From the IMG/VR virus record IMGVR_UViG_2718218098_000004: 37,506 bases of DNA; one strand, written 5' to 3'. Position 1 is the stretch's first letter, and every line of letters starts with the position of its first letter. A program made the position numbers and the translations under genes. Positions 9,795 through 20,244 of the stretch are shown piece after piece. The DNA comes from a virus. Its lineage: Duplodnaviria > Heunggongvirae > Uroviricota > Caudoviricetes. The notes under the pieces were generated by a model that saw only the letters and a list, made by a program, of their open reading frames with translations, did not search any database and was not told where the DNA came from.

Positions 9795-10294
9795 TATTCG
9801 CTCCCGTTATCGCAAGGTTCCTTTCGGTGGAAGTAATTCCAACCATTCCACTTCGCCAACTGGTTACCACTACCAACAGGCATACGGTTTGGATAACCGG
9901 ACTTACATTTAGCGGCTTTTGCTCTGTCCATTGCAGACAGTTTGACGAGTCGCTCTTTCCCGTATCTGGCAGTGGTTATAAGTTTTGCAGACGCTTCCAG
10001 CGCATAATCCGGAGCAATGCGGCAGGCAAGGTTGAAAATGACGGCATTGATAGCGTTATTTGATAAGCCGTGTTCATCGCCAGGATCTGGAGCGACATCT
10101 GCATCAGCGAAAATGTAGCCAACGTTGATACCTGGTGACTCATCACCGCCAAGCCATTCAGCCATCATCATTTCAAGGTCATTGACGCCATCTTCCATGG
10201 ACTGCGGTTCGACATCGGTTAACGTGGCATTTGATGCCACACCGAGCTTACGTAATGCTGCAAGAACTAAATCACCCTTCGTTGTCAGGTTCAT
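9794..10294 (-). CDS. Tail accessory protein, P22 gp4-like (167 aa)
   Basis: [31 protein letters not shown] resembles P22 gp4; start moved to the internal ATG at 10292-10294 (MNLTTKGDL) to match gp4 length; the track ORF's upstream MQSQSQ codons belong to the hexanucleotide repeat in another gene's frame. Confidence 0.85.
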   Translation of the reverse strand: MNLTTKGDLVLAALRKLGVASNATLTDVEPQSMEDGVNDLEMMMAEWLGGDESPGINVGYIFADADVAPDPGDEHGLSNNAINAVIFNLACRIAPDYALEASAKLITTARYGKERLVKLSAMDRAKAAKCKSGYPNRMPVGSGNQLAKWNGWNYFHRKEPCDNGSE

Positions 10295-10877
10295 CTGCTG
10301 CCGCCTTAGGTTTTCGACCAGGCTTTTTACGCTGTTTTTCTTCTGGCTCTGGCTCTGGCTCTGGCTCTGCAATAGCCGGACGCAAACTCAGGAGTCGTCC
10401 AAGAACATCATTTGCTTCATGACCATCCCACTCTTTCCCGAACTCAAGCTCAGTACCTTCAGGAAGGAACTCGATTTCTTCAACAGGTAGGTGATAAGTG
10501 ATTTCGCCTTCTGGAGTGGTGATACCAGCAATGATCCAGCCATCCCACTCTTCACCGTCACTGTGTTTGCGAGACCACCACGAAAGCTCAGCGTAAGCAT
10601 GCATCAGCGATGAGAAGAGGCGCACTCGGTGAGCGTAAAGCTCGTTAAAAGTGTGATAACCGTCGGACACTTCGCCCATATCAACTGGGTAAGTTTCACC
10701 TCCGCCAACACTCCCAATTTGATCACCAACAAGAGGATCATCAGGAACATCGTCAGGGTGCTTATACCAGCCATTTGCTAAGTGCACAGCTACATCATCA
10801 GGATCAACGGTTTTCGTTTTCAGCTTGCGTCCCCAGATTTTGGTATCTCCGCCAGCCTGAAAAATCATTACGCTCAT
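10272..10877 (-). CDS. Hypothetical acidic protein (about 202 aa) between coat and gp4-like genes, with a C-terminal (PE)n and Lys/Arg-rich tail
   Basis: ATG at 10875-10877 preceded by GGAGAT; track ORF start at 11057 would overlap the coat gene so the internal start is preferred; no family recognised. Confidence 0.6.
   Translation of the reverse strand: MSVMIFQAGGDTKIWGRKLKTKTVDPDDVAVHLANGWYKHPDDVPDDPLVGDQIGSVGGGETYPVDMGEVSDGYHTFNELYAHRVRLFSSLMHAYAELSWWSRKHSDGEEWDGWIIAGITTPEGEITYHLPVEEIEFLPEGTELEFGKEWDGHEANDVLGRLLSLRPAIAEPEPEPEPEEKQRKKPGRKPKAAADEPDNEG
10345..10368. repeat. Hexanucleotide microsatellite (GGCTCT)x4, encoding PEPEPEPE on the minus strand
   Basis: Perfect tandem copies read directly. 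Confidence 0.9.
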
Positions 10878-10886
10878 TGGTATCTC

Positions 10887-10915
10887 CAATAGAAAAGGGA
10901 GCCGAAGCTCCCTCT
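10887..10915 (-). terminator. Intrinsic terminator/attenuator hairpin just downstream of the coat gene
   Basis: Minus-strand RNA GGGAGC-UUCG-GCUCCC (6-bp stem, UUCG tetraloop) followed by UUUUCUAUU, then the SD and ATG of the next gene. Confidence 0.6.
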
Positions 10916-10920
10916 GGTTA

Positions 10921-12216
10921 TCACGCAGCCTGGTTAGGCAGACCAACGCCAATTGCCTCTGGTCGTACAGCACATGCTGAATACCACACAGCAATACGGC
11001 ACTTACCAGACAGAGTGTTGATATCACCCTGCGTTGCGAAGATGCCGTTAACACCAATACCAGGAATGCTGAAGGAAGACGTTTTCATGCCAGCAAACAG
11101 TTCATGGGTTACCGGGATCGGCTGAGACAGCAGACGGATTGAGTCATCAGCCCAGAACACGTTAGCGGTGGTTGTTGCCACGTTCAGAACGTTTACCGGA
11201 GTGGTATCAGCAAGAGATGTGTTTACATTAGCGTAAGCCTTCTCTTCTTTTGTCAGTGACGCGTCATCCAGTGCAATCGGTTTCGGCGTGATTTCGATAT
11301 GAGTACCATCGATCACACGGGTGATTGAGAAAGTCGCATCATCAGTCAGCACGTTCTTCGCCATCTGAGACAGGAATTTCACACCAGTGAAGCTGATTTT
11401 GTCGCCGCGCTTAAATCCGGTGGTGGAGGATAAGGTCACCGTTGCAACACGGTTGTCGACGTTCTCTTTGTTACCATCGGTATCAAGGGTGTATGCCTGC
11501 GGCTTAAACTTCTGCGCACCAGAAACAGTTACACCAGTAGCGGTTGACTTGGTAACTGCAGGAAGTTTCGGTGAGCGAAGAATTTCATCAAAGCCAGCAA
11601 TCTGACGCTGAATAGTACCGTTGCGATAAGCTTCTTCAGGAACGCGCCCAAAGATGTCACCATCTACCAGGTTACGGCCTGCTTTGCGGTAATCGTCAGG
11701 GTTCAGGAAGTAACTGATGCCCATGTCGCGGTTGAGTTCGCGGGAGAACATCAGGCGCTCTGCATCAGACACAAAATCCCAGCCAGACAGGCCAGTAGAT
11801 GGACCAATTGCGCGGGTATCGTGAACAACAAGTGAGCCCATTTCAGTTGCCTGTTTGGCAATCGCTGACTCAATGTTATTCGCCAGTTTTTTGGCAGATG
11901 CCTGGATGCGGCGACGGTAAGAACGCTCATCACGCAGGTCATCTGCACGAAGCTCGAAGAAATCGTTATCCGGATCGCCCATGTTGCATTTCACGGAGAG
12001 TTCCAGAATCCCGGTTGCGTTGCCAGTTAAATCCCAGCCAGTCTGGGTTGGCGCTTCCTGCTCAACAGGCATCCACACGGTGTTGCTTGAACGTTGCATG
12101 GATTCTGCCGGAGGGGTGTATTTTGTCACTTTGGACGCCATTGGCGTCAGGTTCTGGACGGTTTCGATGATTTCATCCAGAGCATACGTGACCAGTTGAC
12201 CTTCATTTAATGCCAT
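10921..12216 (-). CDS. Major capsid (coat) protein, P22 gp5 family
   Basis: 431 aa; near-collinear with P22 coat as recalled (MALNEGQ...[10 protein letters not shown]). Confidence 0.95.
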   Translation of the reverse strand: MALNEGQLVTYALDEIIETVQNLTPMASKVTKYTPPAESMQRSSNTVWMPVEQEAPTQTGWDLTGNATGILELSVKCNMGDPDNDFFELRADDLRDERSYRRRIQASAKKLANNIESAIAKQATEMGSLVVHDTRAIGPSTGLSGWDFVSDAERLMFSRELNRDMGISYFLNPDDYRKAGRNLVDGDIFGRVPEEAYRNGTIQRQIAGFDEILRSPKLPAVTKSTATGVTVSGAQKFKPQAYTLDTDGNKENVDNRVATVTLSSTTGFKRGDKISFTGVKFLSQMAKNVLTDDATFSITRVIDGTHIEITPKPIALDDASLTKEEKAYANVNTSLADTTPVNVLNVATTTANVFWADDSIRLLSQPIPVTHELFAGMKTSSFSIPGIGVNGIFATQGDINTLSGKCRIAVWYSACAVRPEAIGVGLPNQAA

Positions 12217-13127
12217 TATCGAATTCCTTTATTCAGTTGCGCCTTGAGCTTGCGGTATGTCTCTACATCCCCTTTGTTTGCTGCCGCTTCCATCTGCTTT
12301 TCAATCGCAGATATATTTGCAGCAACAGCGTGTCCCTGAATGGGTTCATCAGGTAGCGGGGCTTCTGAAACAGGTTTGGCTCGAGGCTTGAGAGTTAAAC
12401 GTTCTGACAGTCGAGTGAGTTCAATCAGCGCGGATTGCCCGTCCATCGCCAGCAACTGGCGTGTTTTCTCAGGATTAGCACCAAGGTGATACATGAGAGC
12501 GGCGGATTTCTCCGGGAAGAGGCGCATGATGTCGGCACCGACTGCTGGCGGCACCAGTTGCATGAATGCATCCTCTTTCTCCTGATAGTCAGGGATATTG
12601 AGCTTTTCCGCTGCGTCGTAGTGCTTACGGGCTGCCTCGACGTATTGCGCTGATTGCTGGGTGAACTCCTGAGTTTTGCGACCCTGCTCGGCGACAGCCT
12701 GGCTTCGTGCGTCCATAGCCTTGATCTGCCATTCACTGTTTGCCTGCTGGAAGGCAGCCAGTGCGCGGCTCTGGTCATAGTCGTACTTAGCCAGTGCATC
12801 TTCGGAAAGATAATCGTTAGGGTCTGGTTGTTTTGGTAACTCAGGGTTCACCCGCAGGTGCTCCGGCAACTCTCCACGCTTAACCGCTTCCATCTGCTGC
12901 TCAAGCTCACGCTGGCGTTTGCGTTCGATGCGGCGACGGGCAAATTCAGCATTAGTTGCCGGGTCTTGTTTTGGTTTCTCATCGTCTTTCAGGACAATCT
13001 CGAAGCCTTCTTCCTGACCTGCGTTGTCGTTGGCATTATCGACAACTAAGCCATCAGCAGATGCCGCTGCATGATTGCCAGGCAGGGTTAATTCTTCAGA
13101 AGCCTGAATGTCGGTGGTTTGTTCCAT
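12216..13127 (-). CDS. Scaffolding protein, P22 gp8 family
   Basis: 303 aa; strong similarity to P22 gp8 along the whole length; ATGA overlap with the coat gene. Confidence 0.9.
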   Translation of the reverse strand: MEQTTDIQASEELTLPGNHAAASADGLVVDNANDNAGQEEGFEIVLKDDEKPKQDPATNAEFARRRIERKRQRELEQQMEAVKRGELPEHLRVNPELPKQPDPNDYLSEDALAKYDYDQSRALAAFQQANSEWQIKAMDARSQAVAEQGRKTQEFTQQSAQYVEAARKHYDAAEKLNIPDYQEKEDAFMQLVPPAVGADIMRLFPEKSAALMYHLGANPEKTRQLLAMDGQSALIELTRLSERLTLKPRAKPVSEAPLPDEPIQGHAVAANISAIEKQMEAAANKGDVETYRKLKAQLNKGIR

Positions 13128-13140
13128 GATTAACTCTCTC

Positions 13141-15306
13141 TTATTGAGGTGTCTCGGCTACTCCGCCGGAGGGGATTTGAACTTGACGCATAAGATTCGC
13201 GAAATCCATGCGTTGTGAATGAGTCTGGTCTGCATCTTTAAGAAGCAGCTCAGCGTTAGCACGAGCATCTTTGCTGCGCTGTTGCTGGAATTGACCTACG
13301 AGCTTGAGGTACTCACGCAGTTCTGCCTGCTTGTCGAGGTCCATATTGTTGAAGATTTCTGCAATCTTCGCGGCGTTGAGTTGGTTTTGAGCTTCAACCT
13401 TGGCAGCTTCAACCTGAATCTGCGCCTGTTGGTTCTCTGCCTTGAGCAATTCAGCCTGACCTTGCAGAAGGATACCCTGCGCCTGAATTTGCTCTGCTGA
13501 TGGCTGCTGCGGCTGTTGTTGTGCCTGCTGCACCATCTCCATCTCTTCAGGTGTTTCTGGTTTCTTCAGCCCCATCATCACCAGTTGCTTGTTCGCGTAC
13601 TCTCGCATCATCTCGACGCCTTTACCGTCAAGCAGCGTGAAGTATTGCAGCATCAGCATCTGGAACTCTGGAGTACCTTGCGGAACCTTGGTGAGCAACT
13701 CCTGAATCTCTGCGCGGTTCTGTTCCTTCATACTCTGGAAGGATGGTCCTACGTCTGTATAGCACTCATAGCGACCGCGAATGTCGTTGAGTGTGACCAC
13801 ATTGCCGGACTGGTAATCGACAACTTGCGCATAGAGTTGAACGTCTTTCTCGCTTCCATCTTCAAGTGTCAGCGTTACATGACGAGGAACGTCATAAATA
13901 TCGTTGACCATTGAGGCATAAATCTCGCCATCACGTCGCATTGCGGTAGCTAGGTTATCCTGAAACACGTATGTCTCAAGGTCTGCCCGCATGTTCAGTT
14001 GATTGACGGTATCGAAAGCGACCTGAGAGTTTGCTGCCTGCGCATCCACACCAAGACTAGCCACCTCTTTCACTGCGTTGGTGGCAGCCTCAAGCATATA
14101 AGCGTTGGCTTGCGGCACTTCAGGGTTTTCCATGTAGGAGATTGGACCAATCGGCAGGTCGTTACCGTTTTCATCGGTCTTGTTCTGCAGATAGTACGGA
14201 TAGTCGTCATTTCCACCGTACATGTATTCGTAGCCTTCGATTTGCTCAGGGAAGAAGGTCGGTTTCTTCTTCGGTGAACGAGCAACAATATCGGCGTTGA
14301 ATGACATGATCATGTTACGAAGGCGCTGACCGTCTTTCGTCAGCCTTACCACTCCTCCGTAGCACTCCTTGTCACCAGCGAATGACCATTCGCCGTACAC
14401 AGGAACGATTGGGATATGCTCTCCGGCTATCTTCTCTCGGTCCTTCAGTATCTGCGTGCAGGTGATGATCGACTTATACACACGCCGACGCTTCACCTTG
14501 CGCTCTGCTACCTTAATGAATCCACGATTAGCCAGGTCGTCGATAACGTCTTTAATATCCTGCTGGTAATAGCTGACTGGCTCACCTGTCAACGGGTCTC
14601 GGTATATGAAGACTTTCTCTTTCTTCTCTTCGACCTCGTAATACTCAGCGACGTAGACGACATCATTCGATACCCACGGAAACAGCCATGTATCGTTCGG
14701 ATTCTGGAAAGATGGCAAGGTATCCGGATCAATACCGTAATCCTCTGCGAACTCTTTCCAGCCATTGCGTGACAAGGCGTTAATCACCGTGCAGTGCTTA
14801 GCGTCGCTCTTATCCATCTGCTTGCTGTTGGCGTCCCATATGACGTGTGAGCAGGCTTCATGGATTGGCAGGCGTCGGATTACCTGATTGTTGCTTGTTG
14901 GATCGTTGTCTTCGTACTGCGTGACCAGACGCCATGCACCAACTCCGGACTCTATCTGCTCACGAACTCCAACGTTAACGGCAATCTTTGCCGTGTTATG
15001 GCGCATATCAGTACGATACATCCCCATCAACACATCGGCAGCATCAGGATTAGCGCCGTCTTTTGGTCGGAAGAGAACGTCGATAGGGTTCCGGCGCATC
15101 TCTGCGACCAGTTTCCTGACCACCGGGCGAACAACATCGAATTGTCCGCGATATTGCAGGGTGGTGTAGTTTGATAGCCAGTCATCCCATTGCGACACTC
15201 GGCTAAAATACAGGTCATTTGTCGCCTCGGTTCTGGCTTCATCGCTCGCCATCCAGTCCGCGTCAAACTTACACAGAATGGAGTTGAGTCTGTTTTCGTC
15301 GGCCAT
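13141..15306 (-). CDS. Portal protein, P22 gp1 family
   Basis: 721 aa; similarity to the P22 portal along the whole length, including the C-terminal helical barrel region. Confidence 0.95.
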   Translation of the reverse strand: MADENRLNSILCKFDADWMASDEARTEATNDLYFSRVSQWDDWLSNYTTLQYRGQFDVVRPVVRKLVAEMRRNPIDVLFRPKDGANPDAADVLMGMYRTDMRHNTAKIAVNVGVREQIESGVGAWRLVTQYEDNDPTSNNQVIRRLPIHEACSHVIWDANSKQMDKSDAKHCTVINALSRNGWKEFAEDYGIDPDTLPSFQNPNDTWLFPWVSNDVVYVAEYYEVEEKKEKVFIYRDPLTGEPVSYYQQDIKDVIDDLANRGFIKVAERKVKRRRVYKSIITCTQILKDREKIAGEHIPIVPVYGEWSFAGDKECYGGVVRLTKDGQRLRNMIMSFNADIVARSPKKKPTFFPEQIEGYEYMYGGNDDYPYYLQNKTDENGNDLPIGPISYMENPEVPQANAYMLEAATNAVKEVASLGVDAQAANSQVAFDTVNQLNMRADLETYVFQDNLATAMRRDGEIYASMVNDIYDVPRHVTLTLEDGSEKDVQLYAQVVDYQSGNVVTLNDIRGRYECYTDVGPSFQSMKEQNRAEIQELLTKVPQGTPEFQMLMLQYFTLLDGKGVEMMREYANKQLVMMGLKKPETPEEMEMVQQAQQQPQQPSAEQIQAQGILLQGQAELLKAENQQAQIQVEAAKVEAQNQLNAAKIAEIFNNMDLDKQAELREYLKLVGQFQQQRSKDARANAELLLKDADQTHSQRMDFANLMRQVQIPSGGVAETPQ

Positions 15307-16806
15307 TTAAGTTCTCCGTGCGATGGGCCTGATTGGGGCTGGTATCTTTTTCTCTTTGGGTTTTTTGATGTCGCGCATCATTTTTGCGAAGCGGCGCATC
15401 ATGTATGCATAGCGAACGGCGGATAGCACGTCGTCGTTAAGCTTGACGATTTTCCCGTTTTCATCGCGGTGATAGAGGCGGAACTCCTCAAAGAATGGCT
15501 CACAGGTGTTGAATACTTTGAAGCGACCATCAAGCATCATGTCGCGCAATTCAGTGATTCCAGGCTCCACCGCGTTACCGCCATCAGGCCATGTCGCATG
15601 CTCCTGCAACATCATAAAACCAGCATCTGCATACTGCCCTTTGAGCTGCTCACCGCCGCCCTTCTCGTGCTGGTTTCCGTCATGAGGCCATGCTGTTGGC
15701 ACTTTATGCGCCCATGATTTAACAGCTCCCCATGCCTGAACGGCTGTTTTTTCTTTCGCCTTCCACACGCGTGAAACGTAGATTGTGTCTGCGTCCTTAT
15801 CCCACCAAAGCTGAACCTGCGCCTGTGGGTGATCCCATCCGAAATCCATCCCGCCAATTACGTAGAAGTGATCAGGACACTCGAACGGCTGACACTTAAT
15901 CGTCTCTTCCGGTATCTGGAAGATTCGACCACTACCCATCGTAGGAATGCCGCGAGCACGCGCCTCTCTCTCATGCTCTGGATAGGATGCGATGATTTGC
16001 TCTTTCTGCTCGTCGGTATAGTGCTCAGCGTCATAGATGGTCATGTTGACCACTTTCTGCGACTTGCTGGGATTCTTCAGGAACTTGGTAACAACGTCAG
16101 ACATCCCCATCAGCGGGGTAAACGTCAGAATTGAGAATTGCCCGTATTTGTTGGTACGGGTAAGACCTTCACCATAAATGCTGTATGGTGGTTCTTCATC
16201 AAACCACACGCCGTGGATTGTGTCACCCTGCCAGCGTGCACGGCCTTGCGAGTATGGTTTGAAGTAGCAGATTGAAATGCCATCTTCAACGCCATCAGCC
16301 GTGTGATGCTTAACCAGAAGATGATCAACAAGGTTCGGAAAGAAAGGAGACTTCTTCCAGCTAATGATGTCCTCTTTCGGTATGGAACCATAGCCTGGCT
16401 CACCATTCTCTTCGATACGACCGCACAGGATGCGTTGAGTCGTTTTGGTTACAGTCTCGTTTGTCTCGCCACCAATCCAAAAGACAACAGGCTCGTAGAA
16501 ACGCTTACCTTTCCACTCACCGCCATATTTACCATCAGCAGGATAGCCTTTTGTGCCCGGATAACGCCCTGTAAGGTGAAACGCGACTTCAGCAGCACCA
16601 GTAAATGACTTACCAAGCTGGTTACCAGCCATAAAACATCGCTCTGGATAGTCATGTCCGGCGTCGATGAACTCACGCTGTTTGCTGTATGGCGTAAATT
16701 CATATAGCAGGTGTGTGTTCCGGTAGTTCTCTTCTTCTTCGAGTAGCTCGAGCAATTCGATTTGCTCTTCGTCGCTCAGGTTATCAAGAATCGCGTCCAG
16801 TTCCAC
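15307..16806 (-). CDS. Terminase large subunit, P22 gp2 family
   Basis: 499 aa; N-terminus [31 protein letters not shown]; adjacent to the portal gene. Confidence 0.95.
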   Translation of the reverse strand: MELDAILDNLSDEEQIELLELLEEEENYRNTHLLYEFTPYSKQREFIDAGHDYPERCFMAGNQLGKSFTGAAEVAFHLTGRYPGTKGYPADGKYGGEWKGKRFYEPVVFWIGGETNETVTKTTQRILCGRIEENGEPGYGSIPKEDIISWKKSPFFPNLVDHLLVKHHTADGVEDGISICYFKPYSQGRARWQGDTIHGVWFDEEPPYSIYGEGLTRTNKYGQFSILTFTPLMGMSDVVTKFLKNPSKSQKVVNMTIYDAEHYTDEQKEQIIASYPEHEREARARGIPTMGSGRIFQIPEETIKCQPFECPDHFYVIGGMDFGWDHPQAQVQLWWDKDADTIYVSRVWKAKEKTAVQAWGAVKSWAHKVPTAWPHDGNQHEKGGGEQLKGQYADAGFMMLQEHATWPDGGNAVEPGITELRDMMLDGRFKVFNTCEPFFEEFRLYHRDENGKIVKLNDDVLSAVRYAYMMRRFAKMMRDIKKPKEKKIPAPIRPIARRT

Positions 16807-17278
16807 GGTTGAATAGCTCCTTGATACGAGAGCGCCGCTTATCGCGATCTCCCTTATCAGGTGTCACGTCTTCAACTTGCGACTGCTCTTTGAGGCCCAA
16901 ATCACGGGCGATGATGTTAGCGTTGAGAAGGTCAGCGGCTGCGCCAGAGAATTTCTGGTCGTAGATGACCTGTTCTGCTCGCGTAACGACTTCAGATAAA
17001 TCTTCTCGCAGGCGATATGTGCGCCATGTTTCAAGCGTCACATCAATGAACAGAGTGAGTCCGGTAATGGTCATCGCTCGCATCTTGGCGATAGGCTCTT
17101 GTATCACTTCACCCTGATACGAGAACGCCTTCATCTCCCATAGCGGGTTAGCTTCAACCCACTCGAAGTATTCACAACAAGCAGCCCACAGCGCCTCGGG
17201 CGATTCGAATTTAGGGTTTCGCCCATGACTACTGCGGGCCTCCCAAAATCGGTTGCCCTTTGGTGCTGCCATATTCAT
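16784..17278 (-). CDS. Terminase small subunit, P22 gp3 family
   Basis: Sequence from [22 protein letters not shown] appears essentially identical to P22 gp3 as recalled; true start may be the ATG at 17270-17272, giving 162 aa. Confidence 0.9.
   Translation of the reverse strand: MNMAAPKGNRFWEARSSHGRNPKFESPEALWAACCEYFEWVEANPLWEMKAFSYQGEVIQEPIAKMRAMTITGLTLFIDVTLETWRTYRLREDLSEVVTRAEQVIYDQKFSGAAADLLNANIIARDLGLKEQSQVEDVTPDKGDRDKRRSRIKELFNRGTGRDS
16978..17005 (-). other. P22-type pac site inside the small terminase gene
   Basis: Minus strand reads GAAGATTTATCTGAAGTCGTTACGCGAG, matching the P22 pac sequence as I recall it. Confidence 0.5.
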
Positions 17279-17295
17279 CTCACTTAATCGTTATT

Positions 17296-17475
17296 TCAGG
17301 TTAAGGACTCTTTCGCGCCTTCAATCAGTGACTGCTTCAGCAATTCGAGTGTGCCAATCGCCTCGCATAAACTGATTTCACCATCGTAATCATGGATGGC
17401 GCTTTCCATCCGCTCGTATAGCTCTTGAGTAATTGGGAATTTCTTCTCCTTACCCAAATTGATTACGCGGCTCAC
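17296..17475 (-). CDS. Candidate small ORF (59 aa, GTG start) upstream of the small terminase gene
   Basis: GGAG 6 nt before GTG; below track cutoff; function unknown. Confidence 0.3.
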   Translation of the reverse strand: MSRVINLGKEKKFPITQELYERMESAIHDYDGEISLCEAIGTLELLKQSLIEGAKESLT

Positions 17476-17551
17476 ATCATGCTCCGGTAGTGAACAGGTC
17501 TAACGCTTCCTTCGATTTACGCACCGCTTCGATAGTGCGGGTCGTGATATC

Positions 17552-17719
17552 TTAATTAGCGCCGCCTGACTGGAAGTGAATTTTGAATAGCTCAAGCTTC
17601 AACTCGTCAGTGCCGATGAATTGAAATGCTTCTTCTGCGGCTGCGTTCTGGTTCATGACCAGTTTGTAAATCTCTAACTGGAATTTCTGTTCTTCAGTCA
17701 TGGGAATAATCTCTGCCAT
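17552..17719 (-). CDS. Candidate small ORF (55 aa, MAEIIPMTEEQKFQLEIYKLVMNQ...)
   Basis: GGAG 6 nt before ATG at 17717-17719; reading continues in frame for 24 more codons after the TAA, so it may be a nonsense-interrupted remnant. Confidence 0.3.
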   Translation of the reverse strand: MAEIIPMTEEQKFQLEIYKLVMNQNAAAEEAFQFIGTDELKLELFKIHFQSGGAN

Positions 17720-17822
17720 TGTTGGCTCCATTTATCCGTTAAAAGGGATATCAGTTAAGTTATCCCGTGTAGGGTATAAGCCATTATCAAAGCCACTCTG
17801 TAGGGAATGGCTTTTGTGATGG

Positions 17823-17850
17823 CAATAAAAAAGGCCGCCTGAGCGACCTT
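17823..17850 (-). terminator. Intrinsic terminator downstream of the 72-aa DUF551-like gene
   Basis: Minus-strand RNA AAGGUCGC-UCAG-GCGGCCUU (8-bp stem with one G-U) followed by UUUUUUAU. Confidence 0.6.
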
Positions 17851-17866
17851 TCATTTTTCATCCGTT

Positions 17867-18085
17867 TTAATCATCTGGGTAATTAAGCGGCATCCAGTGT
17901 GTAACCTTGCTTGCTCCTGAATCGATGAATGCCTTGGTTCTCTGCCAGTAAGAGCCCATACATGATAGTTTGAACACGTCACCAGTATCAGTAAGAGCTA
18001 TAACCTCTTTAGACCACATCCCTTCTTTGCTTTCTGGTAGCCGGTGTTCAACATTGATCCATTGGTTTCCGTTATCATCCATCAC
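17867..18085 (-). CDS. Small DUF551-like phage protein (72 aa)
   Basis: C-terminal VTHWMPL motif shared with the 216-aa protein at 35279-35929. Confidence 0.55.
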   Translation of the reverse strand: MMDDNGNQWINVEHRLPESKEGMWSKEVIALTDTGDVFKLSCMGSYWQRTKAFIDSGASKVTHWMPLNYPDD

Positions 18086-18427
18086 AACCTCGTCTAGTTG
18101 TTCGCCATAGATTCAGTGGCAGGCGGTGACGAGTCCGCTTTTCGGGAGCTACCCTAGCCACTGCTTGATTCTATCCGATGTCTTTCCATCAGTCCGCCAC
18201 CACAAAGAATCTTTTTTGCCATAAGGCAGGAGGTTCATCTTTCAGTGGCTGCCAGTGTTATTTCCCCACTTACTGGCTTGGGTTGTTTCGCTGTACTGCC
18301 GTAACTGGTGGTGCACAGATTTAGTTAAATCTGTTCTCGCCTGAACTATCTTTTACATACCCGGATTGTGGGGATGTAAATCACGGTTTCATTATCAAGC
18401 CCACCCGTAGATAGGCTTTGTAATGAC

Positions 18428-18616
18428 TTACCCCAGCTTTGCTCGCACCAGCGCATCTTTAGCTTCGAGCAGCTTGCGGAGACCTGCTGACTTTTCAGCA
18501 CTGTCCGGCAGTGATTCATCCATCAGTATCGCAAGGTCACCGATTGGCTTACTTATTTCCTGCAGATGCGCAGGGAGGTGTTGATAAGCGAAATACTTCA
18601 TGATTGGAGATGACAT
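18428..18616 (-). CDS. Hypothetical protein (62 aa) downstream of Rz/Rz1
   Basis: GAGGG 7 nt before ATG at 18614-18616; no family recognised. Confidence 0.45.
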   Translation of the reverse strand: MSSPIMKYFAYQHLPAHLQEISKPIGDLAILMDESLPDSAEKSAGLRKLLEAKDALVRAKLG

Positions 18617-18631
18617 TATTTACCCTCGGTT

Positions 18632-18658
18632 AGTAAAAAGCCTCGCTATTACGAGGCT
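18632..18658 (-). terminator. Terminator-like hairpin immediately after the lysis cassette
   Basis: Minus-strand stem AGCCUCG/CGAGGCU (7 bp) with a 6-nt loop, followed by UUUUUACUAA. Confidence 0.5.
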
Positions 18659-18666
18659 ATGATTGT

Positions 18667-19134
18667 TCATTTCAGGCACTGCGTGTTGATGTATTCCTGC
18701 AGCGCTCTCAGTGATGTTTGGTCGCTGATGATTCCGGATCTGATACTGAGAACGTTTCGTCCAGCAACTGGAGAGAGTTCGACGGTGGCATCATTGCCCA
18801 TGCCGGAGGTGCGGGAGGTTTCGGCTGAGGATGGCACAGGGCATTTTCCTTTGACGAGCACCCTGCCACCATTATCAAGCTTGCGCCGAAGAGCATCATT
18901 TTCAGCTTTCGCATCAGCTAACTCCTTCGTGTATTTAGCATCGAGTGCATCAGCAGCACGCTGGCGTTGCTGCATGTCAGTAATGGTGGCGGTCGCCTGC
19001 TTCAGCTCACTGACTTTTTTATCACGCTGTTCTTTGTAGGCGATGGCGTTATCACGGTAATGATTAACAGCCCATGACAGGCAGACGATGATGCAGATAA
19101 CCAGAGCGGAGATAATCGCGGTTACTCTGCTCAT
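18667..19134 (-). CDS. Rz: Rz inner-membrane spanin (i-spanin)
   Basis: From [31 protein letters not shown] the sequence closely resembles lambda Rz; ATGA overlap with the endolysin stop. Confidence 0.9.
   Translation of the reverse strand: MSRVTAIISALVICIIVCLSWAVNHYRDNAIAYKEQRDKKVSELKQATATITDMQQRQRAADALDAKYTKELADAKAENDALRRKLDNGGRVLVKGKCPVPSSAETSRTSGMGNDATVELSPVAGRNVLSIRSGIISDQTSLRALQEYINTQCLK
18708..18914 (-). CDS. Rz1: Rz1 outer-membrane lipoprotein spanin (o-spanin), embedded in the +1 frame of Rz
   Basis: MRKLKMML...VAGCSS lipobox and proline-rich PPAPPAW segment, as in lambda Rz1. Confidence 0.8.
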   Translation of the reverse strand: MRKLKMMLFGASLIMVAGCSSKENALCHPQPKPPAPPAWAMMPPSNSLQLLDETFSVSDPESSATKHH

Positions 19135-19634
19135 TGCTGCCCCCACAAACAGACTTCACGCTCAATCTCGCGGCGAGTCATCAGCCCTTTCCATTGCTTA
19201 CCGCCAGCGTATGTCCAGCGACGTAGCTGATCACATGCGCCTTTGATATCGCCCTGGTTTATTTTGCGAAGAAGCGTCGATGTTCTGAAATTGCCAGCAC
19301 CCACGTTGTAAACGAATGAGTAAAGAGCGCCGCGCATTGTTTCCGGTATATCGACTTTGATGTACGGGTTAATTTGTCTGGCGACCGTGGCAAGGTCTTT
19401 ATTCAGGAGGGCTTTGCATTCTGCTTCGGTATACGTTTTACCGAGCATAATGTCTTTTCCGGTATGCCCGTAACATACAGTCCATACACCAACGATATCT
19501 TTATATGGTATGTAGCTGACGCCTTCTAGGCCATCGTTACCACTTGGGCCAGTGATTAACACAGATGCTATAGCAATAGCCCCGCCACTTATCGCCGCTA
19601 TTACGCTATTTCGTAGTGCCGGTGACATTGCCAT
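19131..19634 (-). CDS. SAR endolysin (GH24 lysozyme with signal-anchor-release domain), phage 21 R-like
   Basis: Gly/Ala-rich N-terminal SAR segment followed by the E-D-T catalytic region [23 protein letters not shown]; resembles phage 21 R as recalled. Confidence 0.9.
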   Translation of the reverse strand: MAMSPALRNSVIAAISGGAIAIASVLITGPSGNDGLEGVSYIPYKDIVGVWTVCYGHTGKDIMLGKTYTEAECKALLNKDLATVARQINPYIKVDIPETMRGALYSFVYNVGAGNFRTSTLLRKINQGDIKGACDQLRRWTYAGGKQWKGLMTRREIEREVCLWGQQ

Positions 19635-19809
19635 TCAATCTGTCCTCGCGCTCTTTGCGCTTGTAGTACCAGTTGATGCCAAATGTGCCGACAGTACAAA
19701 GAATACCAATGATGACAGCCCAGTCATTCAGGGAGAGAATGCCACCCATCGCAGTCAGTCCTCCGAAGCTGTAACTGAACCATTCTCTGATTTTGTCCAT
19801 ACGGTACAT
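19606..19809 (-). CDS. Class II holin (pinholin-like) with dual-start motif
   Basis: 67 aa, two predicted TMDs, N-terminal M-Y-R-M-D-K analogous to the Met1/Met4 dual start of phage 21 S; 3' end overlaps the endolysin start. Confidence 0.8.
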   Translation of the reverse strand: MYRMDKIREWFSYSFGGLTAMGGILSLNDWAVIIGILCTVGTFGINWYYKRKEREDRLNGNVTGTTK

Positions 19810-19936
19810 GCTCTACCCCTTCATTGAGGGGATTTGCTCTATTTAATTAGGAATAAGGTCGATTACTGATAGAACAAATCCAGGCTACTGTGTTTAGTAA
19901 TCAGATTTGTTCGTGACCGATATGCACGGGCAAAAC

Positions 19937-19966
19937 GGCAGGAGGTTGTTAGCGCAACCTCTTTCC
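19937..19966 (-). terminator. Second hairpin in the late leader
   Basis: Minus-strand stem GAGGUUG/CAACCUC extendable to about 12 bp with two mismatches, followed by GUUUUGCCC. Confidence 0.35.
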
Positions 19967-20102
19967 ACCCGCTTTCACGAAGCCAGCCATTGCGCTGGTT
20001 TTCTTTTATGCAAAGCACACCGCACCGTAGCCACAGCAGATAAGGTGATTATTTTTGTCTGTCTGGTATTTGGTTTGATGTGCTTTCAGAAAGGCCGTGC
20101 TT

Positions 20103-20137
20103 AAAACGCAAAAAGCCCCGAGCTATTAACTCAGGGC
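20103..20137 (-). terminator. tR'-like intrinsic terminator about 40 nt downstream of the PR'-like promoter
   Basis: Minus-strand RNA GCCCUGAG-UUAAUAG-CUCGGGGC (8 bp, one G-U) followed by UUUUUGCGUUUU. Confidence 0.6.
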
Positions 20138-20173
20138 TTTATTTAACGAGTGCATTTATCCATCGTTGGGTCA

Positions 20174-20202
20174 AATTTACCCAACTTTATTCAAAAAGTC
20201 AA
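20174..20202 (-). promoter_or_regulatory. Late promoter PR'-like (-35 TTGACT, 17-bp spacer, -10 TAAATT), expected to overlap the Q-utilisation site
   Basis: Hexamers read on the minus strand immediately downstream of the Q gene stop; matches the lambda PR' hexamers as recalled. Confidence 0.7.
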
Positions 20203-20244
20203 TATTATGCCGTTAATATGTTGCCATCCGTGGCAATCATGCTC

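Noticed and set aside
17296-17731. A single frameshifted pseudogene upstream of the small terminase gene
   Set aside because: The two pieces are in different frames and each has its own SD and start, so two separate small genes are as likely as one disrupted gene; not called a pseudogene
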